DNA of 64,000 nt from Dudresnaya verticillata (taxonomy: Eukaryota). The stretch is from contig OZ374566.1 of assembly GCA_977862235.1 (NCBI GenBank), positions 992,001 to 1,056,000 of the forward strand, given 5' to 3'. Of the stretch, positions 36,129 through 46,254 are shown piece after piece (within the stretch, counting starts at the first letter, position 1; every line of letters starts with the position of its first letter). Under the pieces are notes generated by a model. It worked only from the letters and a program-made list of their open reading frames with translations. It made no database searches and had not been told where the DNA came from. The translations under genes were made by a program, and so were the position numbers.

Positions 36129-37295
36129 TCATGCAGCTTCAGTTGCTACGGGGTCCACTCCCAAGTCGTCTAGTGACGCCATATCCAAGGTAGACACAAT
36201 ATCATCGGCGACATCAGCGGCAGCCTTGCGTTCTTCTTCCAAACGCTTGTGATAGCGAGCTGCCATCTCGTCAGCCTTCTCGAAAACGAGTTCTGGACTC
36301 CGCACCATGTCTCCTGGCTCCGGCTCCAGGGTCTTGGTGCTGAGGGAAATGCGACCCTTCTCCTTGTCCTGGTTGATGATCATGCACTTGATCTCCGACC
36401 CATCCTTGACGACTGCGCCAATGTCCGCGATATGGTCATGCGAGATCTGTGAGACATGAAGCAGGCCAGACACGCCGCCAATATCAATAAAGGCACCGTA
36501 GGGCTTGATTCCACGAACTGTGCCAAGCACAACCTCTCCCGCAACTAAGTCAGTCATCTGCTTCTCGACGACGGCGCGACGGTGCGAGACGACCAGGCGG
36601 TTCTTCTCAGTGTCAACCTCCAAAAACTTGAGCGGGAGCTCGACTCCGATGAGGTCTTCACGCGGGGTGCGGATGGACAGGTGGGAGCCAGGCAAGAAGG
36701 CGCGCAGCCCCTCGATCATGACGAGGCACCCACCACGATTAACAGAAATGACCTCTGCGTTGATGGTCACATCTTCTGCTTGGAGCTGGGCGACCCTCTC
36801 CCAGGCCCTGGTGAACTCAATGCGGCGAATAGAGACCTTGAGCTGGCCGTTAGCATCCTCGCGGGAGATGATCTGAAACTCGCGATCCTCTCCGACGGTG
36901 AGGGCTTCCTCAGGCCTCTCGATGCGGATCATAGACATCTCGTTGAGCGGGCAGTAGGCGCTGGCCTTTGCACCGATGTCGACCAGAGCGCCGTTGGGCT
37001 CATACTGGTAGACGCGGCCGGTACAGACGTCGCCGCTCTCGAAGGAGTAGTCAAATTCGGCAATGGCGCTCTCGAAGTCCTCATACGAGAAGCCTGACTT
37101 TTCTGTCTCGTTGCGCGGCAGGCCATACTTCTCGCGCATGCGGTCAAACTTGGACAGGGTCTTGTCAGCAGGGGCGCGTGCGGACACAACCATGCGGGTC
37201 GGGGCGGCAGCGGGGGAGTGTGGGCAGGCGCGGCGCGAGAGGGCGGGGTGCGGGCCCGACAGCGACAGACCCGAGAAGGAGGTGACGAAGGCCAT
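36129..37295 (-). CDS. rps1: Plastid 30S ribosomal protein S1, nuclear-encoded
   Basis: Three S1 domains (GALVDIGAK, EGLRAFLPGSHL, GAFIDIGGVSGLLHVSQIS) of cyanobacterial type, plus an MAFV... transit peptide. Confidence 0.96.
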   Translation of the reverse strand: MAFVTSFSGLSLSGPHPALSRRACPHSPAAAPTRMVVSARAPADKTLSKFDRMREKYGLPRNETEKSGFSYEDFESAIAEFDYSFESGDVCTGRVYQYEPNGALVDIGAKASAYCPLNEMSMIRIERPEEALTVGEDREFQIISREDANGQLKVSIRRIEFTRAWERVAQLQAEDVTINAEVISVNRGGCLVMIEGLRAFLPGSHLSIRTPREDLIGVELPLKFLEVDTEKNRLVVSHRRAVVEKQMTDLVAGEVVLGTVRGIKPYGAFIDIGGVSGLLHVSQISHDHIADIGAVVKDGSEIKCMIINQDKEKGRISLSTKTLEPEPGDMVRSPELVFEKADEMAARYHKRLEEERKAAADVADDIVSTLDMASLDDLGVDPVATEAA

Positions 37296-37912
37296 GGCGG
37301 GGTCCGCGGCGGGGGTAGGTTAACGAGTTGTTTTTGGCGCACAAGGGCGCGGGGCGGGCGACAAAGGGGTGGAGGGTGGGGGGCGGGCGAACGCCAGGGC
37401 GGAAGAAGGGGGAACGGAGGGAAGGGCGGGGGCGGGGGGTTCTGGACGGCGGAGGTGAGCGCGGCGGAGGGTATGAAGGCAGCGGGACGGGCGGTGAGGT
37501 CGCCGTTCACGGAGGGCAATTGCCGCCTCTCGTTCGTGTAGTTTTTGGGCGGTTCACGGCGGGTAAGATCTCATCTCGTGGAACAAGCGATCTCTCCGCC
37601 GGCTCCCAAAGTTGTGCTAGTGTAAGACGGTGTAAGTACATATTTCATCTCGCGGTGCAGACACGTGTCCAAGTAGTGTGCCGCAGAATGGATCCGGTGC
37701 CGGTGGGATCGAATTAAACCGGATCCCCAGTGTGCACTCTCAATGCTTGCCTGCAGCGCCCAATCGGGGAAGGCGCGTGGCGACAGCGTTGCGGCTCTGA
37801 ACGAGGCCCACGACAGACGCCCATTGGATGCCGCACCTGCCGCGCTGCAATGCATCCGATTCCGCTCCGCACCGCTGCCAATCCGCGGAGGGATCGCGAC
37901 TTGCCCCACCCA

Positions 37913-37932
37913 CCCCCCCCCCCCCCCCCCCC
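37913..37932. repeat. Poly-C tract (C20) in a divergent intergenic region
   Basis: Seen directly between rps1 and the hydrolase gene. Confidence 0.95.
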
Positions 37933-38126
37933 ACAGGGGGCGGGCAAGTTGGACAGACTTTGCCTATTCGCCCCACAACAGCAATGCCCTGAGAGTTGTT
38001 GCAACGGCCATCGCAGACCTGTTATACAGAATAGACACTACCAACCGCACGCAGTTGCAAATATCAGTCGTCGACCCTCCCAACCGCCCTCCCACTCCCA
38101 ACCCCAATCGCGACCACTTCGCAGCC

Positions 38127-39293
38127 ATGCCGCCCCCACCCGCGGCATCCCCCGCCCTTTCTCACGGCAGCTTGCTACACACCCTGCACGGCCACCTTCA
38201 CGCCCTCCTCCCGCGCCTGCCCACCTCGCTGTCCTCCCACATCCAAAGCCTGCTCTTTCTGCTCAACCAAGGGCTCAACCTTCCAACCTCTCCCCCTTTG
38301 GAAAAGTCCACCACAGTCCTGCGTACCCCGCACCAAACCCTCGAAACCCATATCTTTCGCTCGCCCACCACCATCCCCACTCGCACCATCCTCGTCGTTC
38401 ATGGTTTGGCCGCCACCGCCCACAATGACCCACGCATAATCTCCTTCGCCCGAGCCCTCGCCGCAGCAAGCCCGACCAACCAAGTCGTGGTCCCGCACCT
38501 CCCACCACTGGGCGATTGCGACCTCTCCAAAGCCCCGGTCCAGCTCATCTCGGACGTCATCGCCGCCGTCGCTGCAAGCCCCGTCTTGTGCCCATCAGGT
38601 CGTCTCTCGATAGCGTCGGCCTGCATCTCGGCGGGCCTTTCGCTTGTCGCCGCCACTCACTACCAGCATGTAGTGCACGCCATCGTCACCATTGGCACAC
38701 ACGCGTCCGTCTCCACCGTCCTGCGCCACTGCATCGACCGCAAGGGGCAGGACGACTCTGTTTATGCTGTGTACTCAGTCATGGGGTCCTTTCTGCGCCC
38801 GCGAACCGCACTCTCAGATATGCTTGTCTCGTACGTTACAGATGACCACATGCGCAACATGGGCATCGAGGCGGATGAGCTGGGGAGGTTGCTGAGCGAG
38901 TTTCCGGAGCAGGCGAAGGAGTACCAGCGACTGCGAGACGACCCTGATCATATGATTGAGCAGCTGCTCAAGTTGTACAGGGAGAATGAGACCGTCTTCG
39001 AGGGCATGTCGCCCATGGCTTGCCTTGATGACCTCCAATGTGAGACACTGACGCTTGTGCACGCTCGTCAGGACGATATCGTGCCATTTTCAGAGTCTTT
39101 TGCCGTGGCAGATGCGTTGAAGAAGCGAAGAGATATGTACACGACTGTCTGCGTCACAGATATGCTCAACCACGGCGACCAGCGCGACCCTAGCCCATCA
39201 GATATCCCGGATATTCTGCGGCTTATTTCCACATTTGCTGGCTTCTTCCGCCCAGACCAGTTCGCGGCGGCTGTGAAGGAAAAGAGTACATGA
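38127..39293 (+). CDS. Alpha/beta-hydrolase fold protein (~388 aa)
   Basis: ILVVHGL oxyanion strand, elbow-like RLSIASACISAGLSLVAA, LTLVHARQDDIVP (acid) and DMLNHGD (His). Start placed at MPPPP (38127), not at the ORF-track start. Confidence 0.78.
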   Translation: MPPPPAASPALSHGSLLHTLHGHLHALLPRLPTSLSSHIQSLLFLLNQGLNLPTSPPLEKSTTVLRTPHQTLETHIFRSPTTIPTRTILVVHGLAATAHNDPRIISFARALAAASPTNQVVVPHLPPLGDCDLSKAPVQLISDVIAAVAASPVLCPSGRLSIASACISAGLSLVAATHYQHVVHAIVTIGTHASVSTVLRHCIDRKGQDDSVYAVYSVMGSFLRPRTALSDMLVSYVTDDHMRNMGIEADELGRLLSEFPEQAKEYQRLRDDPDHMIEQLLKLYRENETVFEGMSPMACLDDLQCETLTLVHARQDDIVPFSESFAVADALKKRRDMYTTVCVTDMLNHGDQRDPSPSDIPDILRLISTFAGFFRPDQFAAAVKEKST

Positions 39294-39769
39294 CCTCACT
39301 TGTCATTTCAGTGTTTCTTGGCGGCTAGAGTGCCTGTCGAGGACAACAGTTTTGTGACTATAGAGGCTCAGCTCGTGCCGACCATGGGTGCTGCTAATCA
39401 TCACTCTTCGCGGTATGCGCTAACCTATTCGCCGCTATTCTTCGCAATGTTGAGATTAACTGACGTCTTCATGGCGCAACTCTTGCAATCTGTTGGAACG
39501 CAACTATCCTTCTCAAGATCAAAAATCGGAGCTGAAGGAATACCTTTATCAAAAGAGTTATTGCCGGAAGACAAGAGTGGCATGATGAGGACGACAGCTG
39601 GGTGCAGAGCATTTACTTTCAGCAAGCCCCCGTTCTCTCTCCATGAAGAAGGCAACAGTGATGCCTGGAAGATTTCTCCTCCCGTGCACTACCGGAGGCG
39701 ATTCAAAGACCGTGCAATGGCATCCTCTCCTGGAGTACCAAACCTAATAAAAGTGTTCACAATAATGCA

Positions 39770-42400
39770 CTAAGCACTGTAATTTGCAACACCGATCACA
39801 ACGGCATGTGCAACGACAATCACAGCAAGGGGAACCCAGCTCTTCTGTTGCTGGCTGCCTGTATGTTGTTGACTGCCTGCATGTTGCTGGCTGCCTGTAT
39901 CGTCGAGGCTGGTTGCTTGAATCGCGACGTCCCTGCTCACAAATGTTCTGCAACTACAAGTGACTGGATCCTCCACATTTTGGGACCCTAAGGAAACCTG
40001 AGTGCCTCTTTCAAAGAGTCGTCTCGTCCGCACGCCTTTGCCATTTGAGCTCCTGAGTCTACCCTCCGAAGCAACAGCTGAAGCCGGACTTGCTACCGGG
40101 AGGGCACTTCTAATTGATGCGTTTGCCTCGAGATCAGCTGAGCAACTCAGATTCTCGTCATCTTCTTGAGCCCATTCAGATGCGCTTCTGGCTGCGGCAG
40201 AAAACGGGGTTAAACTCCGTTTTTGTGCCTTCCTCATCCTCTGGGATCGGCCACGTCTGCTGGTTGGTACGAACACTCTGCCCGCAACAAGGCAACTACG
40301 TCCTCTTGCATCATGCGACGGCTCAGAAATCCCGCTAATACCCGGATCATGGCTTGCTGACCTTCTTTCCTCGTGTGCCTGAGGTTGTGTTCTCTGCCCG
40401 TCTTCGGCTTCATCATCATCCCCTGACGAGTTCAGCTCGAATTTCCGTCGATTGAATGGAGTCTGATCTCTCTTACCAGGCTTCCGTTGCATCACACGTT
40501 CTCTTCCTCGCCCCGACCCCTCGCCTGGCTTGGATGATGCAGGTCCATCAACATTTTTCACAAACGTTACCCGATGGCTGTTCGGCTTCGCATGATTCAC
40601 GCTCACCTTCCTTTGCGTTTTCCACACTCCAAAACCAGACTGGCCATCTCCCTCCTCATCGACATGGTCTTTTCTCGCTTCGTCATCAGTCGCATAAATG
40701 TCGAACGCTCGGCGACTAAACGGCGTCTTGTCCCTATTGCTGATTTTCCGAGACACTTCCTGCGACCGTCCTCGTGAACAAGAAGATCCGTCAGCCTCCA
40801 AGCTTGTCGTACTTTGCTGAGTGCCTCTGGAATGAGTGAGCTCTTCTACAGCATTGGTGGGCCCACATCCAGCATTGGTGGGCCCATTTCCAGCATTGGT
40901 AGGTGACCTCCCATTGGATCTTCTCTCAGACCTGCTGTCCTCATCATCGGATGTGAAGTAGCTCATCATTCGACGCGAGAGTGGGATTTGCTCACAACCA
41001 AGTTCCGAATCTTTCCCAGACCATGCAGAAGCGGACTCGGGCTGCTCATTTGCTGTCTCCTTCTTGCATGAAGCACCAGCTTCTGTGTGCTTATCAGACA
41101 CATCAGTGACGGCTGCATCGCAAAACCGTACTCTTTTCAGCTCGATTGCCTCAGAATGCTGCACAATTGTCGCGGAAAGGACCGCCCCATGCTCAGTACC
41201 ATTCCCATTACTAGCCTTGCTCTCATCCCCACCGTTGCCGCCATCGTCACTGTCAATCTCGATTGGCTTACGATTGAAAGGCGTCTGACTTCGTTTCCTA
41301 GGTGATCTTCTAGCCAATAGACGACCTCTGGCAGGAACCAAATCGGGCGACTCTTGGTTCCCCATCTCCTCCTCTGACTTCTTTGGCATTGAGAAACCCA
41401 CACGACGCCCAACCCCCATAGTCTGTACTCCTGTCACTTCAGACACTTCTTCCTTGCCATCTCCGTCTTTCTCTTCAACAAGAGAGCTTCTCTGCTCAAA
41501 ACGGCCGAAGGGAGTTTTGTCTCGCACCATGCCCTTCTTCTTCCCCCGGGACTTCTTTCTGCGAGTTGAACCAAAGTCGTCTTGCGATGAAGAGGAAGGT
41601 TCTGCCCCTTCTGCAGTGTCATCGGACTTTGTCACTGAAAACCTGACACGGCGAGCCTCAGCGCTGGGGTCTGCAACCCCCTCAGAGTCCTTGCCATCTG
41701 CTGCATTCGACAAAACCGGAAGGTTCTCTTCATTGTCATCAAGATGACTGCTTCTCAAACGAGAGAAAGGAGTCTGGCTTCTTTTCCGCACCGGTCGAGA
41801 CTGCCTCCCTTGTCGGCTAACCCGCCCCTCAGCATTCTGAGCCCCTTCTGGTTGACCTTCATTGCCTTCTTCAAGAAGGGACCTCGTTCTATGTTTGGCC
41901 AGGCCCTCATCGGTGACACAGAAACGTACACGTGTCTTCTGAGAACCTTTGCAATGAACGGTGCGGCTCACGGTTGACGGTTCTGTGCAAGAATTCAGCC
42001 CAGTATCGTGTTTCAGCAGCGAGTCGTGCTCTGTCGTCCTCGCAACATCCGAGAATGTAGACTCCCGCTGAGACAAAATATCCGGAGTCGCAGCCCCGAC
42101 TGAGACATTCGCTTGGTCAAGCAAAGCAGTCCCAGACCCCTCACTCTGGCTTTTAGGTCCGAAAGTCTTGTCCAGTTCGGTGGCATTGGAGTGAAGGCAA
42201 GCATTAGGGGTTGTTCCGTCCCGATTGGGGACTTTCGTGTCCCTGCTCTCCGTTCCCGGACGTGATTTGGCGATATTGACAGAGTCAAATTCCTTTGAAC
42301 CGTCGGGTGCCTGGATGCCATGGTCCACTTCACTCTGTTGATGTAGAGGAATGACGTGCATATCTGGTTCTACTGTGAACTCCTTCATGTTTAGGTTCAT
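39770..42400 (-). CDS. Uncharacterised 876-aa intrinsically disordered protein with repeated RVxF/RxxTPF modules and a C-terminal hydrophobic tail
   Basis: Uninterrupted 2.6-kb ORF, S/E/R/G-rich, with internal repeated motifs and terminal WVPLAVIVVAHAVVIGVANYSA. Confidence 0.85.
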   Translation of the reverse strand: MNLNMKEFTVEPDMHVIPLHQQSEVDHGIQAPDGSKEFDSVNIAKSRPGTESRDTKVPNRDGTTPNACLHSNATELDKTFGPKSQSEGSGTALLDQANVSVGAATPDILSQRESTFSDVARTTEHDSLLKHDTGLNSCTEPSTVSRTVHCKGSQKTRVRFCVTDEGLAKHRTRSLLEEGNEGQPEGAQNAEGRVSRQGRQSRPVRKRSQTPFSRLRSSHLDDNEENLPVLSNAADGKDSEGVADPSAEARRVRFSVTKSDDTAEGAEPSSSSQDDFGSTRRKKSRGKKKGMVRDKTPFGRFEQRSSLVEEKDGDGKEEVSEVTGVQTMGVGRRVGFSMPKKSEEEMGNQESPDLVPARGRLLARRSPRKRSQTPFNRKPIEIDSDDGGNGGDESKASNGNGTEHGAVLSATIVQHSEAIELKRVRFCDAAVTDVSDKHTEAGASCKKETANEQPESASAWSGKDSELGCEQIPLSRRMMSYFTSDDEDSRSERRSNGRSPTNAGNGPTNAGCGPTNAVEELTHSRGTQQSTTSLEADGSSCSRGRSQEVSRKISNRDKTPFSRRAFDIYATDDEARKDHVDEEGDGQSGFGVWKTQRKVSVNHAKPNSHRVTFVKNVDGPASSKPGEGSGRGRERVMQRKPGKRDQTPFNRRKFELNSSGDDDEAEDGQRTQPQAHEERRSASHDPGISGISEPSHDARGRSCLVAGRVFVPTSRRGRSQRMRKAQKRSLTPFSAAARSASEWAQEDDENLSCSADLEANASIRSALPVASPASAVASEGRLRSSNGKGVRTRRLFERGTQVSLGSQNVEDPVTCSCRTFVSRDVAIQATSLDDTGSQQHAGSQQHTGSQQQKSWVPLAVIVVAHAVVIGVANYSA
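40849..40900 (-). repeat. 21-nt coding tandem repeat (GPTNAG, about 2.5 copies)
   Basis: cagcattggtgggccca unit repeated. Confidence 0.85.
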
Positions 42401-43802
42401 CGCGGTGTAATTGTTCCGTTGAGAGTGTGCCTAGCTCACAAAAGTTAAAGCTCTTTTTCGGACGGAACCAGTTCCGTCGTAACCGAGGTTCAGCTGCTCG
42501 ACGCAACTTACTTGTAACTCTGGTAACTCTTGAACCACAATCGCAATATAGCTGCCTCGACGCCTTCTGCAGAGAGAAAGTCGTTGCGTAAAAGTCTTTG
42601 CGTAGTTAACACTCCTGGATCACTGTGTGTTCGGACTTGTACCTGTGCACATAGGCTGGACCCCTCTTAAATACCAAACCCAAGATACCTGTGGGGAGTG
42701 GAATCGCCTCGATTTTCTCCCGAAGTCTCAGAGCGCTGACGGAACAGGAAGCACCACGTATAAAGTTGAGGGTCTGAAGATTGTTTTCGGGGTTTCCATG
42801 TAACAATCTCGAGAAATAAATGAGAATTCCTTTGCTTGTTCGCCTCAACCGCTCTCCGTTGCAAATTACCCTGCTTGTCACTTCTCTTATCTTGCGTGTC
42901 TCATCGTGATGGTACAATGCATTTTCGAGTGTGAGGCAGGGAACCCAATTATTTGGAGAAGAACGCTCGGGTGTGCCCTTGCCATCGCACATGCACATCA
43001 CAGTCCTCGATACTGCGGTAGCATACCTTCTGTGGAGTTATGCAGGCAAAAAATCCAGGTGACTACTGGGGAGGCTGGCGTAGCCGTAACATACACCTAG
43101 ACCTAAATTCGTAGTAGATATCGTTTGGTTCGTGTACGAACTCCAGGTCGCGTTGTTATAGTGACATCGAAACAGGGTCGTAGATCTGCACCATGACATG
43201 GGCTTTGTAGTTACGAGAAACTCGGCCATGCCCAGGGCTTCTTGACTGTCTTCACGATAATACAGGACATTCACTTCCCAAACCTGCCACTACATCAAGG
43301 AGAAAGCTGAAAGACACAACGTCTCAACGGCCTGGTGGCTGGGACATTCCGCGGAGCCTCTCCTTCGGTATCAGTGCCTAGAAGCTCGCAGGTGCTTTCG
43401 GCATCGTGAAATACAACTCACTTTGGATTCGCGCGCCTATACCCTTAGACTGACCCAAGAGTAGACAACACGCATGCCGGCCACACACCGTGCAACAGCG
43501 GCTTGCACGACATGACGACAACCGAGAGGGCTGCCAGTCTTCGTCGCATGCCGGATACCAAAATCAGAAGATGACGAAAATCTCTTCTGGCAACATCTGC
43601 AAAACTGCAAAATTGGGAGTGGGAACTCACAAATAAACTCGCAGGAGCTCAGCAAGACGATTCCGGCCACCATGCGCGACATAACTCCCGTACATCAGCA
43701 GTGATTTCCAGAAGCCCGGATTCCTTTACGAAGGCCTCACCGGAGAGAATCCCATATCGCATTAGTTCAGGGCATTCGGAGGGGTTTTCATCTCAAGAAC
43801 TC

Positions 43803-44675
43803 ATGCATTCTACAAATAGGGAATATCCTAGAGTGCTAACCATTGCCGGATCTGATTCGGGAGGCGGAGCCGGAATCCAAGCGGACTTGAAGACCTTTAC
43901 ATCCAGAGGGGTGTATGGCGCCTCCGTGCTCACAGCCCTCACAGCTCAGAATACTGTGGGGGTACAGGCCATTCACCTTCCGCCCATCTCATTTGTTGAA
44001 CAACAGCTGCACAGTGTCCTCTCAGACATTGGCTTCAACGTCATAAAGACAGGAATGCTCCCCAGTGCTGATGTGATAAGGTCTGTAGCTTCGATAATTC
44101 AGAAGTATAAAGTTTCAACTGTGGTCGTTGATCCAGTTCTCGTTGCAACCAGCGGGGACTCGCTTACAACTGGTGTGGACAGCACTCAGGTGCTAATTGA
44201 AGAGCTCTTTCCATTGGCTACAATCGTCACCCCTAACATACCTGAGGCCTCAATCCTTACCGGAAGAAAAATTCGGACCATCACTGATATGCGTGAAGCA
44301 TGTACTCACTTGGTGAATATGGGTGCAAGGAATGTGCTTCTAAAAGGAGGGCACATGGACTCAGGCGAGTTTTCAGAAGATGGCATTGATCCCAATGTTG
44401 TCACAGATGTTCTATACGATGGACATGAATTTCAAGCTTTCACCAAGCCAAGAGTTGCTTCTAAAAACACGCACGGGACTGGCTGTACGCTTGCCTCAGC
44501 GATAGCTGCAGAATTGGCGAAAGGTCGCCCTCTACCTCACTCAATCGAGACTGCAAAGGAGTATGTGTACCATGGCATACTGGAGGGGATAGACATGGGC
44601 AACGGTCATGGTCCAATTAACCATATGAATAGCTTTGACATGAACTCAACTCCAGGCACTAGCCCCACCACATGA
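43803..44675 (+). CDS. thiD: Hydroxymethylpyrimidine/phosphomethylpyrimidine kinase (thiamine biosynthesis)
   Basis: Motifs [49 protein letters not shown] and NTHGTGCT. First in-frame ATG is at 43803. Confidence 0.95.
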   Translation: MHSTNREYPRVLTIAGSDSGGGAGIQADLKTFTSRGVYGASVLTALTAQNTVGVQAIHLPPISFVEQQLHSVLSDIGFNVIKTGMLPSADVIRSVASIIQKYKVSTVVVDPVLVATSGDSLTTGVDSTQVLIEELFPLATIVTPNIPEASILTGRKIRTITDMREACTHLVNMGARNVLLKGGHMDSGEFSEDGIDPNVVTDVLYDGHEFQAFTKPRVASKNTHGTGCTLASAIAAELAKGRPLPHSIETAKEYVYHGILEGIDMGNGHGPINHMNSFDMNSTPGTSPTT

Positions 44676-45013
44676 GAATGAAGCTGTTGCTAGATAAGCT
44701 ACGAAACGGTCTGTGACACATCGGAATCAGGCCTAATGTTCGCGGGCATGCGTTTGTTACAGTTTGCTTACCCGAAGCTCCCTTGTGGACTACCCCATGG
44801 TACAGTAGCATCGCTGCAAGCAGCGCAGAAATTATACAAAATTGCAAAAAGAAATCAGGCTTTGCGCTTTTGATCTTTCGTTCGAGTTTGCCGTGCAATC
44901 CGTAACACGTTACGCTCCAAGCAGTTCAGCAAGGAGACCGGGAAGAACGAGCGAAGGCAAGCCTTTTCGCGAAGAGGAAGGAGCAGAAAAATCTATCGGT
45001 TGGTTTAAACGAA

Positions 45014-46168
45014 ATGCGGTTACCAGATCCAAAGGGACACCGTGAAAGAGGAGATGGGAGCAGCTTCACGGTTGTTCCACATGGGAAGCGTGGCGGGCGA
45101 GTTGCGACAGTATCAATTGCACTGCCTTCATCAATTCTCCTCAATGCTCAGTCTCCGGAACTCAGAATGTATCTCGCTGGCCAAGTAGCGAGAGCTGCAG
45201 CTATTTATTGTATTGACGAGATCGTCATCTTTCGAGAAGGCGAGGAGGAAGCTAACGAAGAAGATCGCAACGACCAGCGCCGACGGCGTCAAGATAATGA
45301 AAGTTTCAATGCTACGCGGTTTTTCAGGCACATTCTGGAGTATCTAGAGACGCCACAATACTTGCGGAAACACATGTTCCCGGTTTCGCGAGACCTTCGT
45401 CTCGTTGGGGTTCTTAACCCGCTTGCACTTCCGAGCCATGTCGCAAAGAATGAGTTTTGTCGATGGCGAGAAGGTGTTGCAGTCGGAAGGGTGACTTTCC
45501 CCAGAAGCAATAATCGCAGGCCTTCTATTCAAGGCAATGAATCGGGAGCAGTGACTCAGGGCCCCCCAACACGGTTTGTTGATGTCGGACAGGAGAGGCT
45601 GGCTGAAGTTGACATTTCTGTTCCAGTTGGAACGCGCGTAACTGTTGATATGCAGCCGTCCGGCGATGAGTACGCAGCTTGCCCTGGAAAGTATTTATTC
45701 GGACGCCTTGCCGATCCGTCTTCTCCCAAGAGAGAAGACGGAACATACTGGGGCTACAGAGTTCGAGTTGCAGACAGCTTGTCTACTGTATTCCAAAATA
45801 GCGAGGTTGCGCCTGAAGGCTATGACATCACGATTGGTACTTCGGAAAGGGGCACTCCAATTCTAGGTACTGATGCAGAGTCTGTCAATTTTGAGCTACC
45901 GCAATTCTCTCATCTTCTTATTGTGTTTGGGGGTGTTCAAGGGTTGGAAAGGAGTGTCCATGGCGATGAGCGCCTACAATCACTTGGCATATCTTCGAAA
46001 CAAACTGACAACCCCTCTCAGGGGGAAGGTCATCATACGGTAGGAGACTTGTTTGATTTCTATGTTAATACATGCCCCAACCAGGGCTCCCGCACGATTC
46101 GAACAGAAGAAGCAATTCTTGTGTCTCTTGCCGCGCTTCAGCCGTTTCTGAGACGACAAAACGAATAG
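45014..46168 (+). CDS. SPOUT1: SPOUT-class RNA methyltransferase, SPOUT1/C9orf114 (DUF171) family
   Basis: Motifs TVSIALPSSI..NAQSPELR.YLAGQVARA, YLETPQYLRK, YWGYRVR, IGTSERG and NTCPNQGSRTIRTEEA. Confidence 0.93.
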   Translation: MRLPDPKGHRERGDGSSFTVVPHGKRGGRVATVSIALPSSILLNAQSPELRMYLAGQVARAAAIYCIDEIVIFREGEEEANEEDRNDQRRRRQDNESFNATRFFRHILEYLETPQYLRKHMFPVSRDLRLVGVLNPLALPSHVAKNEFCRWREGVAVGRVTFPRSNNRRPSIQGNESGAVTQGPPTRFVDVGQERLAEVDISVPVGTRVTVDMQPSGDEYAACPGKYLFGRLADPSSPKREDGTYWGYRVRVADSLSTVFQNSEVAPEGYDITIGTSERGTPILGTDAESVNFELPQFSHLLIVFGGVQGLERSVHGDERLQSLGISSKQTDNPSQGEGHHTVGDLFDFYVNTCPNQGSRTIRTEEAILVSLAALQPFLRRQNE

Positions 46169-46254
46169 GGCTCCGGTCAACCTCGTCCAGCGCATTGCTG
46201 TATAAAGCATATTACTGTATACAATGTAGCTTTATCAACGGCTTCGCTTTGACC

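Noticed and set aside
37743..38126. ORF-track N-terminal extension of the hydrolase (516 aa)
   Set aside because: It runs through a C20 tract and promoter-like low-complexity sequence; ATG 38127 is more plausible.
43300..45000. TPP riboswitch next to thiD
   Set aside because: No aptamer core (GCTGAGA ... CCTGA ... TAAT ... CGNAGG) seen upstream or downstream.
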